A stretch of 62,727 nt of DNA from positions 1-62,727 of the forward strand of contig JBBRNJ010000055.1 of assembly GCA_038230375.1 (NCBI GenBank), in the 5' to 3' direction. Origin of the DNA: Polyangiales bacterium. Its GTDB lineage: Bacteria; Myxococcota_A; Polyangia; Polyangiales; Polyangiaceae. The notes beneath the pieces were generated by a model. The model worked only from the letters and a program-made list of their open reading frames with translations, had not been told where the DNA came from and made no database searches. The position numbers and the translations under genes were made by a program. This document shows, in pieces, positions 60,065 to 62,727 of this stretch. Numbering within the stretch: the first letter of the stretch is position 1; each line of letters starts with the position of its first letter.

Positions 60065-60735
60065 TTCGCATCAACCTACTGCCCCAGAAGAAGGGGCTGA
60101 AGACACGAGCGTCGGCCGCGCAAGCCGCCTCCGACGACGGCGACAGCGGAAGCCAGGTGTGGCTGCTCTTCGTCGCCGGCGCGCTCCTCCTGGAGGTCGT
60201 GGTCCTGATCTTTGTCTACAAGGCGAAGCTCGACCAGCTGAGTCTCGTCGAGCACAAGAACGACGAGCTCAAGGGAACGATCGGCCAGATCGACAAGGAC
60301 ATGGCCAATCACGAGCTGATCAAGACCCAGCTGAAGGAGCTCCGCGATCGCGAGGAGGCCATCCAGAAGCTGCAGGGCGCACGCACCGGTCCGACCGCCG
60401 CGCTCCTCGAGCTCTCACGCATGTTGACCACGGGCCGCGGCCCCACGGTCGACCGCGACAAGATCGAGCAGCTCCGCCGTGAGAACCCGCTCGCGGTGCC
60501 CAACCCGAACTGGGACACCAAGCGTGTGTCCCTGACCTCCTACACGGAGCTCGATCGCACCGTGAAGATCTCCGCCGTCGCACGCGACGGTGAGGACGAG
60601 TCCGAGTTCCTGCGTCGCATCTCGGTGAGCGACCTCTTCTACGACGTGAAGATGCTGGCAGCCACGAAGACGCAGGACACGGTCACCCACCTCGAGCTCG
60701 TGAAGTTCGATATCAGCGCAAAGGTGAGGTACTGA
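60061..60735 (+). CDS. pilN: Type IV pilus assembly protein PilN
   Basis: MIRINLLP, TM, coiled coil; follows pilM. Confidence 0.93.
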   Translation: MIRINLLPQKKGLKTRASAAQAASDDGDSGSQVWLLFVAGALLLEVVVLIFVYKAKLDQLSLVEHKNDELKGTIGQIDKDMANHELIKTQLKELRDREEAIQKLQGARTGPTAALLELSRMLTTGRGPTVDRDKIEQLRRENPLAVPNPNWDTKRVSLTSYTELDRTVKISAVARDGEDESEFLRRISVSDLFYDVKMLAATKTQDTVTHLELVKFDISAKVRY

Positions 60736-60736
60736 C

Positions 60737-61387
60737 ATGGCTGGTCCCTCTATCCGCCGCCTGCCGATTGCAGGACAGATCGGCGTCGGCTTGCTCCTCA
60801 CGGTGCTCGTCGCTGTTGGCTACTACGTCACGCTCCACACCGACCTCGCGAGCAAGATCGACGCGGCTCACCGCGCCACGGGTGATCTCGAGTCGAAGCT
60901 CGCGCAGTCTCGGCAAGCCCAGGCCAGCTTCATCGCGGATCGCGACGAGCTCCAGATGCGACAGCAGCGTCAGAAGGACCTGAACAAGATCCTGCCGGCC
61001 GAGACCGAGGCAGCGTCCTTCCTTTCGGCGCTCCAGGCGGTGTCCAACATCGCGGGAGTCGAGCTCAACGCGTGGCAACCGATGGAGGAGAAGCCCGAGG
61101 CCTTCTTCGCCAAGGTCCCCATGAAGCTGGAGATCAGCGGTAAATTCCACCAGATCGGCAAGTTCATGTACGAGGTGGGCAAGCAGGACCGCATCATCAA
61201 CCTGGAGAACCTCGAGATCTCGTCCCCCAAGCTCGAAGGGGACGAGGTGACGTTGAAGGTCAAGGTGCTCGCCACCACCTTCCACCTCCTGAAGCCCAAG
61301 GCCGCCGGTCCCGCAGCGCCCACGAGGCCCGGCGAAGCGCCAGCAGATCCGAAACCCAAAGAAGCTCCGAAGGGAGCGAAGAAATGA
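60737..61387 (+). CDS. pilO: Type IV pilus assembly protein PilO
   Basis: TM, coiled coil, ILP, GKFHQIGKF, RIIN; gene order. Confidence 0.92.
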   Translation: MAGPSIRRLPIAGQIGVGLLLTVLVAVGYYVTLHTDLASKIDAAHRATGDLESKLAQSRQAQASFIADRDELQMRQQRQKDLNKILPAETEAASFLSALQAVSNIAGVELNAWQPMEEKPEAFFAKVPMKLEISGKFHQIGKFMYEVGKQDRIINLENLEISSPKLEGDEVTLKVKVLATTFHLLKPKAAGPAAPTRPGEAPADPKPKEAPKGAKK

Positions 61388-61980
61388 AATCCCTTCCCGC
61401 GGCGATCGTGATCGCCACCGCTGCCGCAGCTCTTCTGCTCGCATGTGGCGACAAGCCAGCAACCAACTCCTTCGGCAACCGGCCCACGTCCATGGGCGGC
61501 GGCGATGGTGGTCTGTCGGAGGGCGGACTTCCGGCCACCGTTGCGACCAAGACCGAGTATGCGGAGAACGAGTTCACGGAGGGCGAGAAGAACCGCGATC
61601 CGTTCCGCTCCTTCGCATCCACGTTTGCGCCGCAGAACCGCAAGCTGCCCGGCACACAGATCGACGCCGTGCTCGCCCAGTTCTCCATCGACGAGATGAA
61701 GCTCGTCGCCATCGTCACCGGCGGCGACTACCCGCGCGCCATGCTGCTCGATCCGCAGGGCAAGGGCTGGGTCGTGAAGCGCGGTGACTACCTGGGCAAG
61801 CCTGACATCGTCCACGTCGGTGGCAGCAACGGCTCCGACTACAGCCTCAGCTGGCGCGTCGATCGCATCCGCGATGGAGACATCGTGCTCCTCCGGCTCG
61901 ACCCGTCGCAGCCCGCTGTGGCCCCCGCCACACGCGTCATCCCGCTCCACCCGGAGTCAGACGAGAAGAATCAGCTGTAA
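61384..61980 (+). CDS. pilP: Type IV pilus lipoprotein PilP
   Basis: Lipobox LLAC, RDPF, AMLLDPQG..VKRGDYLG. Confidence 0.92.
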   Translation: MKSLPAAIVIATAAAALLLACGDKPATNSFGNRPTSMGGGDGGLSEGGLPATVATKTEYAENEFTEGEKNRDPFRSFASTFAPQNRKLPGTQIDAVLAQFSIDEMKLVAIVTGGDYPRAMLLDPQGKGWVVKRGDYLGKPDIVHVGGSNGSDYSLSWRVDRIRDGDIVLLRLDPSQPAVAPATRVIPLHPESDEKNQL

Positions 61981-62006
61981 ACTACACTTGTTGTAGTTTG
62001 CATGGA

Positions 62007-62035
62007 GGCGCGTCCTGGTTTCACCGGGGCGCGCC
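62007..62035 (+). other. 13-bp stem-loop after pilP (possible terminator or processing stem)
   Basis: ggcgcgtcctggt-ttc-accggggcgcgcc with two G-U pairs; no immediate U-tract. Confidence 0.45.
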
Positions 62036-62239
62036 AGGTGTTTTGTCGCGCCCGCTCGATGACTGGTGAAAAAATTGTTCGCCACAAATTGGGCCGTTTC
62101 AGCGGTCGCGTTTTACGGTTTCAGGGAAACTCCCGTTGGGTGGCGCATTCGGTGCCCATCTTCTCCGGGATGCGAGGGAGCCACAATGCTTGGGTTTCAG
62201 CCTTTCGCCATCTTCGGCCGTTCGGACTCACAGAAGCGC

Positions 62240-62727
62240 ATGCGCACGTCCACGAGCCGGCTGATTTACGCGATGCTTGCGTCGAGTGCTCTCGTGCTCG
62301 CCTCTCCGGCGGCACATGCAGCCGAGACCACACCAAACCACGTCCACGACGTCGTGATGCGGACCGAGGGAGCGGCCACCGAGATCTTGGTGACCGGGAC
62401 CGTCGCTCCCACGTACACGATGCGGGTCGCCGATGGCGGCAGTCGCCTCATCGTCGACATCTCGTCGTCGGATGTAGTCGGCGTGCCCGCTGCGATGACG
62501 ACGCCATCTGGCATCGTCGGCGGCGTGATGACGCAGGCCTTCAAGACGGACACGGGGTCGCTGACACGCGTCACCGTGAACCTCACGAAGAAGGCCGCTT
62601 ACAGGCTGAAGGCTGACGGCGACAAGCTCGCCATCCAGCTCCTGGAGAACGACAAGACCGAGGTCGCCAGCGGGCCCCTGGTCGCCAAGTTGACCGAGCT
62701 CCTCTCCGTGAAGTCGGAGCCTGCGCC
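62240..62727 (+). CDS. pilQ: Probable type IV pilus secretin PilQ, N-terminal part (runs off window)
   Basis: Open frame MRTSTSRLIYAML..AHA signal peptide, AMIN-like SRLIVDI; follows pilP; secretin domain not visible. Confidence 0.8.
   Translation, partial: MRTSTSRLIYAMLASSALVLASPAAHAAETTPNHVHDVVMRTEGAATEILVTGTVAPTYTMRVADGGSRLIVDISSSDVVGVPAAMTTPSGIVGGVMTQAFKTDTGSLTRVTVNLTKKAAYRLKADGDKLAIQLLENDKTEVASGPLVAKLTELLSVKSEPA

Noticed and set aside
62122..62185. Loose resemblance to a GEMM-I riboswitch (gggaaac...gggatgcg)
   Set aside because: Lacks the GAAA tetraloop/receptor and GCAAAGC core; cannot be called without a covariance model

Overview
GC-rich, gene-dense bacterial chromosome segment, about 55 CDSs. 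Gene content points to Myxococcota, most likely Polyangiaceae-like (inference): three Hanks-type Ser/Thr kinases, Cys-rich lipoproteins, an OmpA/TSP3 protein, a DUF4388-like domain and pilMNOPQ. Much of it is housekeeping (ald, glmS, trpS, rnr, thyA-folA, ybeY, HU, lnt, argD, RlmI-like and RluA-like enzymes). I saw no rRNA, tRNA, CRISPR array, transposase or phage genes. The most unusual part is a co-oriented block at 39.5-50.4 kb. It holds an intact P1B-ATPase homologue that has lost its catalytic motifs (DKTGT->CSRGT; no TGE, CPx, TGD or GDGxND) but keeps an N-terminal TRASH/YHS-like Cys motif. It is followed by a kinase-HEAT protein coupled to a ~1365-aa protein with a degenerate HD-GYP domain, a DUF4388/MshEN-like region and TPRs. 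This is a candidate signalling module built from pseudo-enzymes. Also notable: a TraB-like OmpA gene coupled to a Cys-rich lipoprotein, a LysM-M15 peptidase divergent from pilM, a short FliA/WhiG-type sigma factor, a TrpRS with a four-Cys motif, and an orphan DNA methyltransferase. All calls come from motif recognition by eye; no database searches were run, and many start codons are my best estimates.
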